Shown here one piece after another: positions 50,775 through 59,992 of a DNA stretch of 64,000 bases. The position numbers were made by a program, and so were the translations under genes. Location: assembly GCA_038140435.1 (NCBI GenBank), contig JAYQGE010000005.1, positions 2,250-66,249 on the forward strand, read 5' to 3'. Source of the stretch: Rhodospirillaceae bacterium. Lineage in GTDB: Bacteria; Pseudomonadota; Alphaproteobacteria; UBA6615. How positions within the stretch are numbered: the stretch's first letter is position 1; each line of letters opens with the position of its first letter. Under the pieces are notes generated by a model, which saw only the letters and a program-made list of their open reading frames with translations, was not told where the DNA came from and ran no database searches.

Positions 50775-52079
50775 ATGATCGACCCGAAGCATCTGAAGTT
50801 CTCGACCCTGAGCCTGCATGCGGGCCAGCACCCCGATCCCGTGACCGGCGCCCGCGCCGCGCCCATCTATCAATCGACGTCCTACGTCTTCCCGGACGTC
50901 GAGTATGCCGCGAGCCTGTTCAACCTGGAGCGGGCCGGACACATCTATTCGCGCATCTCGAACCCCACCGTCGCGGTCTTCGAGGAACGCATGGCGGCGC
51001 TCGAGGGCGGGGTTGGCGCCATCGGCACCGCGAGTGGGCAGGCGGCGATGAGCCTCGCCGTGATGACCCTGATGGACGCGGGCGGGCACATCGTCGCCTC
51101 GCGGAACATCTATGGCGGCACCCACAATCTGTTCCAGCACACCCTGCCGCGCTTCGGGATCACGACCACGCTCGTCGATCCCCGTGATCCGCAGGCCTTC
51201 AAGGATGCGATCCGCGACGAGACGTGCCTTGTCTTCGCCGAGACCATCGGCAATCCGGGCCTCGAGGTGCTCGACATCGCCGCCGTGGCCGATGTGGCCC
51301 ACGCGGCGGGCCTGCCGCTGCTGGTCGATTCCACCTTCGCCACACCCGCGCTGCTGCGCCCGTTTGAGCATGGCGCCGACCTCATCATGCATTCCGCGAC
51401 CAAGTGGATCGGCGGCCACGGCGTCGCCATCGGCGGTGTGCTGATCGACAGCGGCAACTTTGACTGGGAAGCGTCCGGTAAGTTTCCGGGCATGACCGAA
51501 CCCTATGCGGGCTATCACGGCCTCGATTTCGCCGAGGAGTTCGGGCCGGCGGCCTTCATCATGCGGGCGCGGGCCGAGGGCTTGCGGGATTTTGGGGCCT
51601 GCATGGCGCCCCAGACCGCCTTCTACCTGCTGCAGGGGCTCGAGACCCTGCCCATGCGCATGGCCCGCCACGTGGAGAACGCGATGGCGACGGCGGAGTT
51701 CCTTGCGGGCGCGGACGAGGTCGCGTGGGTGACCTATCCCGGTCTCGAGAGCCATCCCGATCACGCGCTTGCCCGGTCGTTGCTGCCGGACGGGGCCGGG
51801 GCGATCGTCACCTTCGGGATCAAGCCGGGGACCGAGGGGCCGCGGCGCGCGGGCGCGAAGTTCATCGAGGCGCTGGAGCTGTTTTCACACCTCGCCAATG
51901 TCGGCGATGCGAAGTCGCTCGTGATCCACCCGGCGAGCACAACCCACCAGCAGATGAGCGCCGACGACCTTGCGGCGGCCGGCGTCGGCGAGGAGATGGT
52001 GCGCCTCGCGATCGGGTTGGAGGATCCGGGCGACATCGTCGGCGATCTGAAGCAGGCGCTCCGCGCCTCGCAGAAATAG
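50775..52079 (+). CDS. metY: O-acetylhomoserine aminocarboxypropyltransferase
   Basis: IYSRISNPT, SGQAA, VDSTFATP, HSATKWIGGHG (PLP lysine), HLANVGDAKSL. Confidence 0.9.
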   Translation: MIDPKHLKFSTLSLHAGQHPDPVTGARAAPIYQSTSYVFPDVEYAASLFNLERAGHIYSRISNPTVAVFEERMAALEGGVGAIGTASGQAAMSLAVMTLMDAGGHIVASRNIYGGTHNLFQHTLPRFGITTTLVDPRDPQAFKDAIRDETCLVFAETIGNPGLEVLDIAAVADVAHAAGLPLLVDSTFATPALLRPFEHGADLIMHSATKWIGGHGVAIGGVLIDSGNFDWEASGKFPGMTEPYAGYHGLDFAEEFGPAAFIMRARAEGLRDFGACMAPQTAFYLLQGLETLPMRMARHVENAMATAEFLAGADEVAWVTYPGLESHPDHALARSLLPDGAGAIVTFGIKPGTEGPRRAGAKFIEALELFSHLANVGDAKSLVIHPASTTHQQMSADDLAAAGVGEEMVRLAIGLEDPGDIVGDLKQALRASQK

Positions 52080-52089
52080 GGGCTGCGCG

Positions 52090-52890
52090 ATGGAGATCGA
52101 GACCGACGGCCATCCCGTCTTCGTCCACACGTGCGGGCGCGATTTCGACGCGTCCCAGCCGACCCTGGTGCTGATCCATGGCGGCGGCAACGACCACAGT
52201 TCGTGGGGTTTGCAGACCCGTTATTTCGCGCATCACGGCTTCAACGTGCTGGTGCCCGATCTGCCGGGGCACGGCCGCTCCGGCGGCGCGAGTCCGACGA
52301 CGATCGACGCTTTCGCGGCCTGGCTCTGGCGTTTCGTCGATGCGGTGGGGGCCGAGAGCGTCCACCTGGCGGGCCATTCCATGGGATCGCTGACCGCGTT
52401 GGCCGCCGCGGCGGTGCAGCCCGCGCGTGCGGCGTCGCTCACCCTCATCGGTCCGTCCGATCACATGCAGGTGCATCCTGACCTGCTGGCCGCCGCCGCG
52501 GCCAACGATCCGGTCGCCTGGGAGCTGATCACCGACTGGGGCTTCGGCAAGCCGGCCCACAAGGGCGGCCACCAGGCCCCCGGCCTCTGGCTGCGCGGCG
52601 GCGGGCGGGCATTGCTCGCCTCCGGTCCCGACGACGTGCTCGGCACCGATCTCGCGGCGTGTAACGACTGGACCGGCGCGCTCGAGGCCGCGGCGAAGGT
52701 TACCTGCCCGACCCTCTTCGTGATGGGCGATGGCGACCGGATGACCCCGGTGGGCGCCTCGAAGGGGCTGCGCGCGACGATTCGGGACGTGCGCAGCACC
52801 GTCCTGCCCGACACGGGCCACATGATCATGGTCGAGCGTCCGAACGAGACGATCGACATTCTTTCCGCATTTCTGAGCGAGATACGATGA
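52090..52890 (+). CDS. Alpha/beta hydrolase
   Basis: IHGGG, DLPGHGRS, GHSMG, GHMIMVE. Confidence 0.9.
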   Translation: MEIETDGHPVFVHTCGRDFDASQPTLVLIHGGGNDHSSWGLQTRYFAHHGFNVLVPDLPGHGRSGGASPTTIDAFAAWLWRFVDAVGAESVHLAGHSMGSLTALAAAAVQPARAASLTLIGPSDHMQVHPDLLAAAAANDPVAWELITDWGFGKPAHKGGHQAPGLWLRGGGRALLASGPDDVLGTDLAACNDWTGALEAAAKVTCPTLFVMGDGDRMTPVGASKGLRATIRDVRSTVLPDTGHMIMVERPNETIDILSAFLSEIR

Positions 52891-53336
52891 GCGACAAGAA
52901 ATCCGAGCGTGACGAGCGGCGCGGGAACTACCCGCATTTCCTCGAGGTCCCCACCCGCTGGATGGACAATGACGTCTATGGCCACGTCAACAACGTGACC
53001 TACTATTCCTACTTCGACACGGCGGTGAACGAGTTCCTGATCCGGTTCACGGGCCTCGACTACCGGAAGTCCGAGCCCGTCGGCATGGTCGTCGAGACCG
53101 GCTGCCGGTTCCACAGCGAGATCGCCTTTCCCGACGTGCTGGACGTGGGCGTGCGTGTGCGTCGGCTGGGCAACTCATCGGTGACCTACGAGATCGGGAT
53201 CTTCAAGCAGGGCGCCGACGCGCCGTCCGCGACGGGCCACTTCGTGCATGTCTATGTGCGCCCGGGCGAGATGAAGCCGATCCCGGTACCTGACTACGTC
53301 CGCGCGGGCCTCGCGCCGCTTCTGGTGGCCGAATGA
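52887..53336 (+). CDS. Acyl-CoA thioesterase (4HBT/YbgC-like)
   Basis: TRWMDNDVYGHVNNVTYYSYFD, LGNSS; ATGA overlap. Confidence 0.92.
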   Translation: MSDKKSERDERRGNYPHFLEVPTRWMDNDVYGHVNNVTYYSYFDTAVNEFLIRFTGLDYRKSEPVGMVVETGCRFHSEIAFPDVLDVGVRVRRLGNSSVTYEIGIFKQGADAPSATGHFVHVYVRPGEMKPIPVPDYVRAGLAPLLVAE

Positions 53337-53350
53337 GCGGTTAGGGCGGA

Positions 53351-54496
53351 CTAGCCCCAGAGCCGCTCGGACGCAATCTCCGCGCCGCGGACCAGCGACT
53401 TGAACTTCTCGACCGCGATGTCCGGGTCGACCTTGCCGATGCCGGCGAAGGTGGCGAAGCCGCAGTCCGCGCCGGCGATGACGCGCTCGCGGCCCACCAC
53501 GTTGGCGTAGTTGCAGATCCGGTCGGCGACGACGCCGGGATGCTCGATATAGTTGGTCACGCTGTCGATCACGCCCGGCATGATGATCTTGTCGTCGGGC
53601 AGCGCCTTGGTCTCGAACACCCGCCATTCATGGGCGTGGCGCGGGTTGGAGGATTCGACCAGCAGGCCCTGGGGCTTTGCCTTCATCAGCACGTCGAAGA
53701 TCGCCTCGAACGGGATGTCCAGATGGTGGGGGCCTTCATAGTTGCCCCAGCAGATGTGCATGCGCACCCGGTCGGCCGGGACGTTCGCCAGCGCCGCGTT
53801 GAGCGCCTCGATCTGCATCTCGGCATGCTTCAGGAAGTCCGCGTCCGAAAGCTCGCGATACTCGGTGTGGCGGCCCATGGCGAGGTCCGGGCAGTCGATC
53901 TGGAGCACGAATCCGGCGTTCGCGATCGCCTCGTATTCCTCGCGCATGACGTTCGACAGCGCCTCCAGATAGGCGTCGTCGTCGGGATAGTATTCGTTGT
54001 GCTGGAACACCGTGATGACGCCCGGGGAGGCGGCGTTCATGAAGAACTCGGTCGCGTCGCTCCCTTCGGCCGCCGCGGTCAGGTTCTCCAGGTCCTTGCG
54101 CATGGGCTCGCGGTCGCGGATCACCACCTCGCCCGTGCAGCAGGGCCGGTTGAGGCGGCGCGTGTCGGCCATGCGGGCCAGCATCTTGCGGAAGCCGGGG
54201 AAGTTCGAGAGGTCGTCGAAGCGCACCGAGGGGCTGTCGCCGGAGAACCCGTCCAGCCGCTGCTGGATGTAGGTGGCGTAGCCGGTCTTGGACATCTCGC
54301 CGTCGTTGATGACGTCGAGGCCCCATTCGCGCTGCAGCGCCACGATGTCGGCGACCGCGCGGGTCACCGTCGCGTCGAAGACCTCCGGGTCGTAGTCCTC
54401 GCCGAACTCGACCTTGTAGAGAAGGTCTTCCAGGTCCTGCGGGCGCGGCAGGCTGCCGACATGGGTCGTCAGGATGCGGTCTTTGCTGTGCTGCAC
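53351..54496 (-). CDS. Cobalamin-independent methionine synthase II family protein (catalytic domain only)
   Basis: TTHVGSLPRP, NDGE, LQIDCP, HICWGN, DCGF zinc motifs; GGGAG then GTG. Confidence 0.88.
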   Translation of the reverse strand: MQHSKDRILTTHVGSLPRPQDLEDLLYKVEFGEDYDPEVFDATVTRAVADIVALQREWGLDVINDGEMSKTGYATYIQQRLDGFSGDSPSVRFDDLSNFPGFRKMLARMADTRRLNRPCCTGEVVIRDREPMRKDLENLTAAAEGSDATEFFMNAASPGVITVFQHNEYYPDDDAYLEALSNVMREEYEAIANAGFVLQIDCPDLAMGRHTEYRELSDADFLKHAEMQIEALNAALANVPADRVRMHICWGNYEGPHHLDIPFEAIFDVLMKAKPQGLLVESSNPRHAHEWRVFETKALPDDKIIMPGVIDSVTNYIEHPGVVADRICNYANVVGRERVIAGADCGFATFAGIGKVDPDIAVEKFKSLVRGAEIASERLWG

Positions 54497-54573
54497 GTTG
54501 TATCTCCCGGGCAAAATCCAGAGCGGCTCTGAACCGGCCGCGTTGGCTGCTTTTATACACGCTCCGGACATGA

Positions 54574-54602
54574 AAAGGGCCCGCCGTTTCCGGCGGGCCC
54601 TT
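54574..54602 (-). terminator. Intrinsic terminator after ibpA
   Basis: aaaagggcccgccg...cggcgggccctt; T run on the minus strand. Confidence 0.8.
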
Positions 54603-54637
54603 CGCGGTTGTCGAGGGATGTTAATGTTGTGTTGTCG

Positions 54638-55102
54638 TCAGGCGGCCTTCTTTTCGTGGTCGATCGTCGGGGCGTCCGCGCCGCCGGCGATTTCGATCTT
54701 CCGCGGCTTCAGCGCCTCGGGCACCTCGCGCTTCAGGTCGATGACCAGGAGGCCGTTGGCCAGGTCCGCCTGGGTGACGTTCACATGGTCCGCGAGGTCG
54801 AACCGGCGCTCGAACGCGCGGGTCGCGATGCCGCGGTGCAGATAGGTGGCGTCGTCCCCGGACTTGCCCTGCTCACCCTTCACCACCAGCGAGTTGCTGG
54901 TCTGGGTGATGTCGATGTCGCCGGCGCCGAACCCCGCGACCGCCATGGTCACGCGATACTCGTCGTCGCCGAGCTTCTCGATGTTGTAGGGCGGATAGGA
55001 CGGCGCCTCGGTGTTGAAGGCCGAATCCAGCATCTGTCCGACGCGGTCGAAGCCGACCGAGGAGCGGAACAGGGGGGTCAAATCGAGATTGTAGGTACGC
55101 AT
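54638..55102 (-). CDS. ibpA: Small heat shock protein (Hsp20)
   Basis: PLFRSSVGFDR, YPPYNIE, AVAGF, YLHRGIA, NGLL, PRKIEI. Confidence 0.93.
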   Translation of the reverse strand: MRTYNLDLTPLFRSSVGFDRVGQMLDSAFNTEAPSYPPYNIEKLGDDEYRVTMAVAGFGAGDIDITQTSNSLVVKGEQGKSGDDATYLHRGIATRAFERRFDLADHVNVTQADLANGLLVIDLKREVPEALKPRKIEIAGGADAPTIDHEKKAA

Positions 55103-55210
55103 TTCACTTGTCCTCCTTTGAGAGCAACTGTGGCGTCGGCACCCCCGCCATTGGCCGGGCGGTGCCGGGTGGACGCGGTCCGGAACCCGAATTCGGCATT
55201 CCCCGCGCTA
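55103..55210 (-). promoter_or_regulatory. ROSE-like RNA thermometer in the ibpA 5' UTR
   Basis: Minus strand GTTGCTCTC-AAAG-GAGGAC: a UUGCU motif facing the SD, preceded by GC-rich hairpins. Confidence 0.7.
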
Positions 55211-55216
55211 ATCCCG

Positions 55217-55244
55217 ATATAGGTGGCTGAAATCGCGATTCAAG
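55217..55244 (-). promoter_or_regulatory. RpoH (sigma32) promoter of ibpA
   Basis: CTTGAA-N15-CCTATAT on the minus strand. Confidence 0.8.
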
Positions 55245-55311
55245 AGCATGAATCAAAACGGGCGCTGCAAACGCAACGCCCGGAAAACACTTAATCTTTT
55301 CGGGTTTCGGC

Positions 55312-55533
55312 TCAGCCGATGCCCAGGCCTTCGTAGCGCTTGTTGAACTTCGCCACCTGACCGCCCGTGTCCACCAGGCGATGCTGGCCGGTCCACGCGG
55401 GATGGGTCTTCGGGTCGATGTCCAGGCGCAGCGTGTCGCCCGGCTCGCCATAGGTCGAGCGGGTCTTGAATTCGGTGCCGTCCGTCATGACGACCGTAAT
55501 CTCGTGATACTCAGGGTGAATATCGCTCTTCAT
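55312..55533 (-). CDS. rpmE: 50S ribosomal protein L31 (cysteine-free)
   Basis: [28 protein letters not shown]. Confidence 0.96.
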   Translation of the reverse strand: MKSDIHPEYHEITVVMTDGTEFKTRSTYGEPGDTLRLDIDPKTHPAWTGQHRLVDTGGQVAKFNKRYEGLGIG

Positions 55534-55695
55534 CGCATCTACTCCGGGCTCGGAAGGCGCCGGTTATAGCCAAGCCCGCGCCCCACGGCAAGCGATTAGG
55601 CAAGGTCGGCGCGGCGCGCGCCGGACGCCCGATTGCCGCACCCCGGCGGGCGTTCTTGGCGGCGTTTCCCCGGGCTGCTAAACCCTGTTCCCGAG

Positions 55696-57516
55696 ATGGC
55701 CAAACAACCGCGAAACCGTTCCGCCGCCGAGGGCGCGGACGACCAGCTGCCGAAGCGGAGCCTGCGCGAGCTGCGCCGGCTCGGTCGCTTCGTGCGGCCC
55801 TACCGCCTGGCCGTCGCGGGTGCCTGTCTCGCGCTCGTCATCGCGGCGGCCACCGTGCTGGTGATCGGGCAGGGGCTGCGCCGGCTGGTGGACGAGGGTT
55901 TCGCCGCGGGCAATTCGGGCCTGCTGGACGACGCGCTGGTCGGGCTTCTGGTCATCGTGGTCGTGCTGGCGGGCGCCACCTATTCCCGTTTCTTCCTGGT
56001 GTCGTGGATCGGCGAGCGGGTCGTCGCCGACATCCGCAAGGCGGTGTTCGAGCACACCCTGCGGCTCGAACCGGCGTTCTACGAGACGATGCGGATCGGC
56101 GAGGTGATGTCGCGGCTGACCGCCGACACCACGCTGATCCAGACCGTCGTCGGCACATCCGCGTCGATGGCGATGCGCAACGTGCTTCTGGTCCTGGGCG
56201 GGCTCGTCATGCTCGCGGTGACCAGCCCGCGGCTGACGCTTCTCGTGCTGGTCGTCGTGCCGCTGGTGCTGGTGCCGATCCTGGTCTTCGGCCGGAAGGT
56301 GCGCCGCCTGAGCCGCGAGAGCCTCGACCGGCTGGCCGACGTCAGCGCCTATGTCGATGAATCGATCGCGAACATCCGCACCGTGCAGGCCTTCGGCCAT
56401 GAGGAGATCGACCGCACCCGCTTCTCGGGCCGCGTGGAGGAGACCTTCGCGACCTCGGTACGCCGCATCCGCGCGCGCGCCCTGCTGACCGCCATCGTGA
56501 TCCTGCTGGTGTTCGGGGCGGTCGGCGTGATCCTGTGGGTCGGCGGCCGCGACGTGATCGCGGGACGCCTGAGCGCGGGCGACCTGTCGGCCTTCGTCTT
56601 CTATGCGGTCGTGGTCGCCAGTTCCGTCGGCGCGATCTCGGAGGTGATCGGCGAGCTGCAGCGCGCCGCGGGCGCGACCGAGCGGCTGTTCGAGCTGATG
56701 GACATGCAGCCTGCGATCGTCGCGCCGGCCGCGCCGAAATCCCTGCCGGCGCCGGTGACGGCCCGCGTCGCGCTCGAGGGTGTGACCTTCCACTACCCGT
56801 CCCGGCCCGAAGACCCCGCCCTGTCGGACTTCTCCCTCGACGTCGCGCCGGGCGAAACCGTCGCGCTGGTCGGGCCGTCGGGGGCGGGCAAGACGACCGT
56901 CTTCCAGCTCCTCCTGCGGTTCTACGACCCGAATGCGGGACGGCTGTGTTTCGACGGGGTGGACATCCGCGACCTCGAACCGCTCGCGCTTCGCAGCCAT
57001 GTGGGCCTGGTGCCGCAGGAGCCGGTGATCTTCTCGGCCAACGCCTGGGAGAATATTCGCTACGGCCGTCCGGAAGCGGGCGACGACGAGGTGCGGGCGG
57101 CCGCGGACGCCGCCTCGGCGCGCGAGTTCCTCGAGGCGCTGCCCGAGGGCTTCGATACGTTCCTCGGCGAGAAGGGCGTACGCCTGTCGGGCGGCCAGCG
57201 CCAGCGCGTGGCGATCGCGCGGGCGATCCTGCGCGACCCCGAGCTGCTGCTGCTCGACGAGGCGACCAGCGCGCTGGACGCGGAATCCGAGCGCGCCGTG
57301 CAGGCCGCGATGACAGGCCTCATGGCGAACCGGACGACCCTGGTGATCGCCCACCGGCTGGCGACCGTGATCGCCGCGGACCGGATCGTCGTGATCGACG
57401 GGGGGCGGGTAGTCGCCGAGGGGACCCACCAGGACCTGATCCGGGAAGGCGGGCTCTACGCACGGCTCGCGGAGCTCCAGTTCGACACCGATCCGGCCGG
57501 CGTCGCCGCGCAGTGA
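55696..57516 (+). CDS. ABC exporter, fused permease/ATPase (MsbA-like)
   Basis: GERVVADIR, SRLTADT, GPSGAGKT, LSGGQRQR, LDEATSALD, IAHRL. Confidence 0.93.
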   Translation: MAKQPRNRSAAEGADDQLPKRSLRELRRLGRFVRPYRLAVAGACLALVIAAATVLVIGQGLRRLVDEGFAAGNSGLLDDALVGLLVIVVVLAGATYSRFFLVSWIGERVVADIRKAVFEHTLRLEPAFYETMRIGEVMSRLTADTTLIQTVVGTSASMAMRNVLLVLGGLVMLAVTSPRLTLLVLVVVPLVLVPILVFGRKVRRLSRESLDRLADVSAYVDESIANIRTVQAFGHEEIDRTRFSGRVEETFATSVRRIRARALLTAIVILLVFGAVGVILWVGGRDVIAGRLSAGDLSAFVFYAVVVASSVGAISEVIGELQRAAGATERLFELMDMQPAIVAPAAPKSLPAPVTARVALEGVTFHYPSRPEDPALSDFSLDVAPGETVALVGPSGAGKTTVFQLLLRFYDPNAGRLCFDGVDIRDLEPLALRSHVGLVPQEPVIFSANAWENIRYGRPEAGDDEVRAAADAASAREFLEALPEGFDTFLGEKGVRLSGGQRQRVAIARAILRDPELLLLDEATSALDAESERAVQAAMTGLMANRTTLVIAHRLATVIAADRIVVIDGGRVVAEGTHQDLIREGGLYARLAELQFDTDPAGVAAQ

Positions 57517-57522
57517 CGCGCC

Positions 57523-58689
57523 TCAGCGCTGGTCGAGCTTGAACTCGATCCGGCGGTTGCGGCGGTAGGCGATCTCGTCGGCGCGCGCGTCGATGGGCTG
57601 GAACTCGCCGAACCCGGCGGCGACCAGGTTCTCGGCCGGGATGCCGGCGCTGACCAGAAACTTGACCACGGAAATGGCGCGCGCCGCGGACAGCTCCCAG
57701 TTCGACGGGAATCGCGCGGTGCTGATGGGGCGCTCGTCCGTGTGGCCGTCCACCCGGAGAATCCACTCGATGTCGGCGGGGATCTCGGCGGCGATCTGCA
57801 CCAGCGTCTGCGCCAACTGCTGTAGCTGACCCTCGCCCTCGGGGTTGAGCACGGCCTGGCCCGAGCCGAACAGCACCTCGGACTGGAACACGAACCGGTC
57901 GCCCTCGATGCGAATGTCGGTGCGGTCGCCGAGGACCTCGCGCAGGCGGCCGAAGAACTCCGAGCGGTAGCGCGCCAGCTCCTGCACCTTGGTCGCGAGC
58001 GCCTCGTTCAGGCGCTTGCCCAGATTGACGACCTGGACCTCCTGTTCCTGGTTCTTCGCCTCCGACGCCTCCAGCGCCTCGTTGAGGGCGGCGAGCTGGC
58101 GGCGGAGCGCGGCAAGCTGCTGGTTCAGCAGCGCCACCTGCTGCTGGGCGCGCTCGGAAATCTCCCGCTGTTCGGAGAAGGACGTTTCGGCGGTCTCGGC
58201 CCGCTCGGTGAGCGCGGTCAGGCGGCTTTCGCGGTTCGAAATGTCGGCCTCGAGCCCGGCCAGGTCACGGCGCTGGCTCTCGATCGTCTCGCGGTCCTCG
58301 GCGATCCGTGCGCGCAGCGCATCGAGTTCCGCCGCGCTCGTGCGGCGTTCGGAATCGAGTTCCTGCTCGACGATCGACAGGCGGTCAACCAGCAGGTCGC
58401 GCTCGGAGATGGAGCTCTGGAGCTGCGCGGAAAGCTGTGAGACGGAGAGCCTGAGCTCGGTGTTCACCGAACGCTCGAGGTCGAGCATGCGGGCCAGTTC
58501 GTTGACCTGACGGTTGAGCTTCGAGAGCGCGTCGTCCCGGCCCGACAGCGCGTCGGACAGGAAGAACTGTGCCAGCGCGAAGACCATGATGAGGAACACC
58601 ACCACGACCAGGAGCGCGGCGAGTGCATCGACAAAACCGGGCCAGTAGTTGACGGCCGATTGCCGGCGCCGGGACGAGGATCCGGGCAC
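57523..58689 (-). CDS. MotB/OmpA-family peptidoglycan-binding membrane protein with long coiled coil
   Basis: YWPGFVD + TM helix, long heptad region, GHTD, NWELSAARA, RNRRIE. Confidence 0.9.
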   Translation of the reverse strand: MPGSSSRRRQSAVNYWPGFVDALAALLVVVVFLIMVFALAQFFLSDALSGRDDALSKLNRQVNELARMLDLERSVNTELRLSVSQLSAQLQSSISERDLLVDRLSIVEQELDSERRTSAAELDALRARIAEDRETIESQRRDLAGLEADISNRESRLTALTERAETAETSFSEQREISERAQQQVALLNQQLAALRRQLAALNEALEASEAKNQEQEVQVVNLGKRLNEALATKVQELARYRSEFFGRLREVLGDRTDIRIEGDRFVFQSEVLFGSGQAVLNPEGEGQLQQLAQTLVQIAAEIPADIEWILRVDGHTDERPISTARFPSNWELSAARAISVVKFLVSAGIPAENLVAAGFGEFQPIDARADEIAYRRNRRIEFKLDQR

Positions 58690-58700
58690 GGTGCCGGCCG

Positions 58701-59846
58701 CTAGAGGTCTTCGCCTTCGGCGAGTGCCGCGGCGATGGTGCGGGCCAGGAGCCGGATCTCGGAGCGCAGTTCCTGGACCATCTGGTTGCGCCCGTTAACC
58801 TGGTCTTCGAGCAGGCGCGCCATGTAGCTGTCGATGTTGCGGATGTGGTTGCGCGTGGCGTCGTCAAATCCATCGGCCTGGCGCGGTTCGGCGAGACGCT
58901 GCAGCACCGGGCGGAGCTCGGCCTGGTTCTCGGCCAGCCGCACCATGAGCTCCTGCTCGGTGCGCATCTGGTCGGTCATCGTCGAGAGCCGCTCGGTCAG
59001 CATCTGCAGGCTCTGGTCGCCATGGCTGCGCGAGGCCTCGGCCTGGGCGACCGTGCGTTGCAGGTTGTCCAGGGAATCCGCCGTCGTTTCGAGCAGCGCC
59101 TGGATGTAGGCCGGAACCGACTGGTCGCCCTCGACCGCGCGCAGCGGGCCGCCGCTGGACACGCGGGTCGCGCTTGCCAGCCAGTCCTCGAGATCGTTGT
59201 AGAAACGGTTCTGGGCGGCGCTCGCCTGCAGGTCGAGAAAGCCCAGCAGCAGCGAGCCGGCGAGGCCGAACAGGGACGAGCTGAAGGCCGTTCCCATGCC
59301 GGACAGCGGCGCTTCGAGGCCGGATTTCAGGTCGCTGAAGATGCGGGTCGTATCGCCGCCATCCACCTGGAGGCCGGCGATGACCGAGGCGACGGAGCCG
59401 ACGGTCTGCAACAGGCCCCAGAAGGTTCCCAGCAGGCCGAGGAAGATCAGAAGGCCTATCATGTAGCGCGAGATGTCGCGGGATTCGTCGAGCCGGGCGC
59501 TGATCCCGTCGAGGATCGAGCGCAGGGACGTGGTGTTCAGCCGAAGCTGGCCCTGGCGGTCGCCGATCATGGCGGCCATGGGTGCGAGCAGGCGCGGCGG
59601 ATCGGCGACGGTGCCCCCCGGCTGCTGGCTGCGGTAGCTCTGGATCCAGCTGACCTCCCGGCGGAGCATCAGGACCTGCCGGAAGACGAAGATCAGGCCG
59701 AACGCCAGCACCAGGATGATGATGCCGTTGATCGCCGGGTTCGCGAGGAACGCGTCGATGAGCTGACGGTGAAGCACCCCTGCCGCGACGACGGCGAGGG
59801 CGAGGAATATGCCCATGCGGGTGAGGTAGGTGCGCGGGTTCGTCAT
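58701..59846 (-). CDS. MotA/TolQ/ExbB proton channel family protein with long C-terminal tail
   Basis: LIFLGLLGTFWGL, GMGTAFSSSLFG, Q/E-rich helical tail. Confidence 0.88.
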   Translation of the reverse strand: MTNPRTYLTRMGIFLALAVVAAGVLHRQLIDAFLANPAINGIIILVLAFGLIFVFRQVLMLRREVSWIQSYRSQQPGGTVADPPRLLAPMAAMIGDRQGQLRLNTTSLRSILDGISARLDESRDISRYMIGLLIFLGLLGTFWGLLQTVGSVASVIAGLQVDGGDTTRIFSDLKSGLEAPLSGMGTAFSSSLFGLAGSLLLGFLDLQASAAQNRFYNDLEDWLASATRVSSGGPLRAVEGDQSVPAYIQALLETTADSLDNLQRTVAQAEASRSHGDQSLQMLTERLSTMTDQMRTEQELMVRLAENQAELRPVLQRLAEPRQADGFDDATRNHIRNIDSYMARLLEDQVNGRNQMVQELRSEIRLLARTIAAALAEGEDL

Positions 59847-59992
59847 GGCTTGTCTACCCGGTTGCGCCGGCGGCGATCGGTCCATGGCACGCTGTCACGC
59901 GCCAGTTCTCTGCCGCAAGCAGACATCATCGCGCGGCAGCATGACACTGCCGTGCCTATATGACGACTTTAGGGCGAAGACGTTGAGTCCCG

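Noticed and set aside
55312-55533. Cysteine-free L31 as a zinc-starvation paralogue
   Set aside because: This form is the usual single L31 in Alphaproteobacteria
57523-59846. Bona fide Zorya defence system
   Set aside because: No ZorC/ZorD/ZorE, host-like composition and housekeeping context
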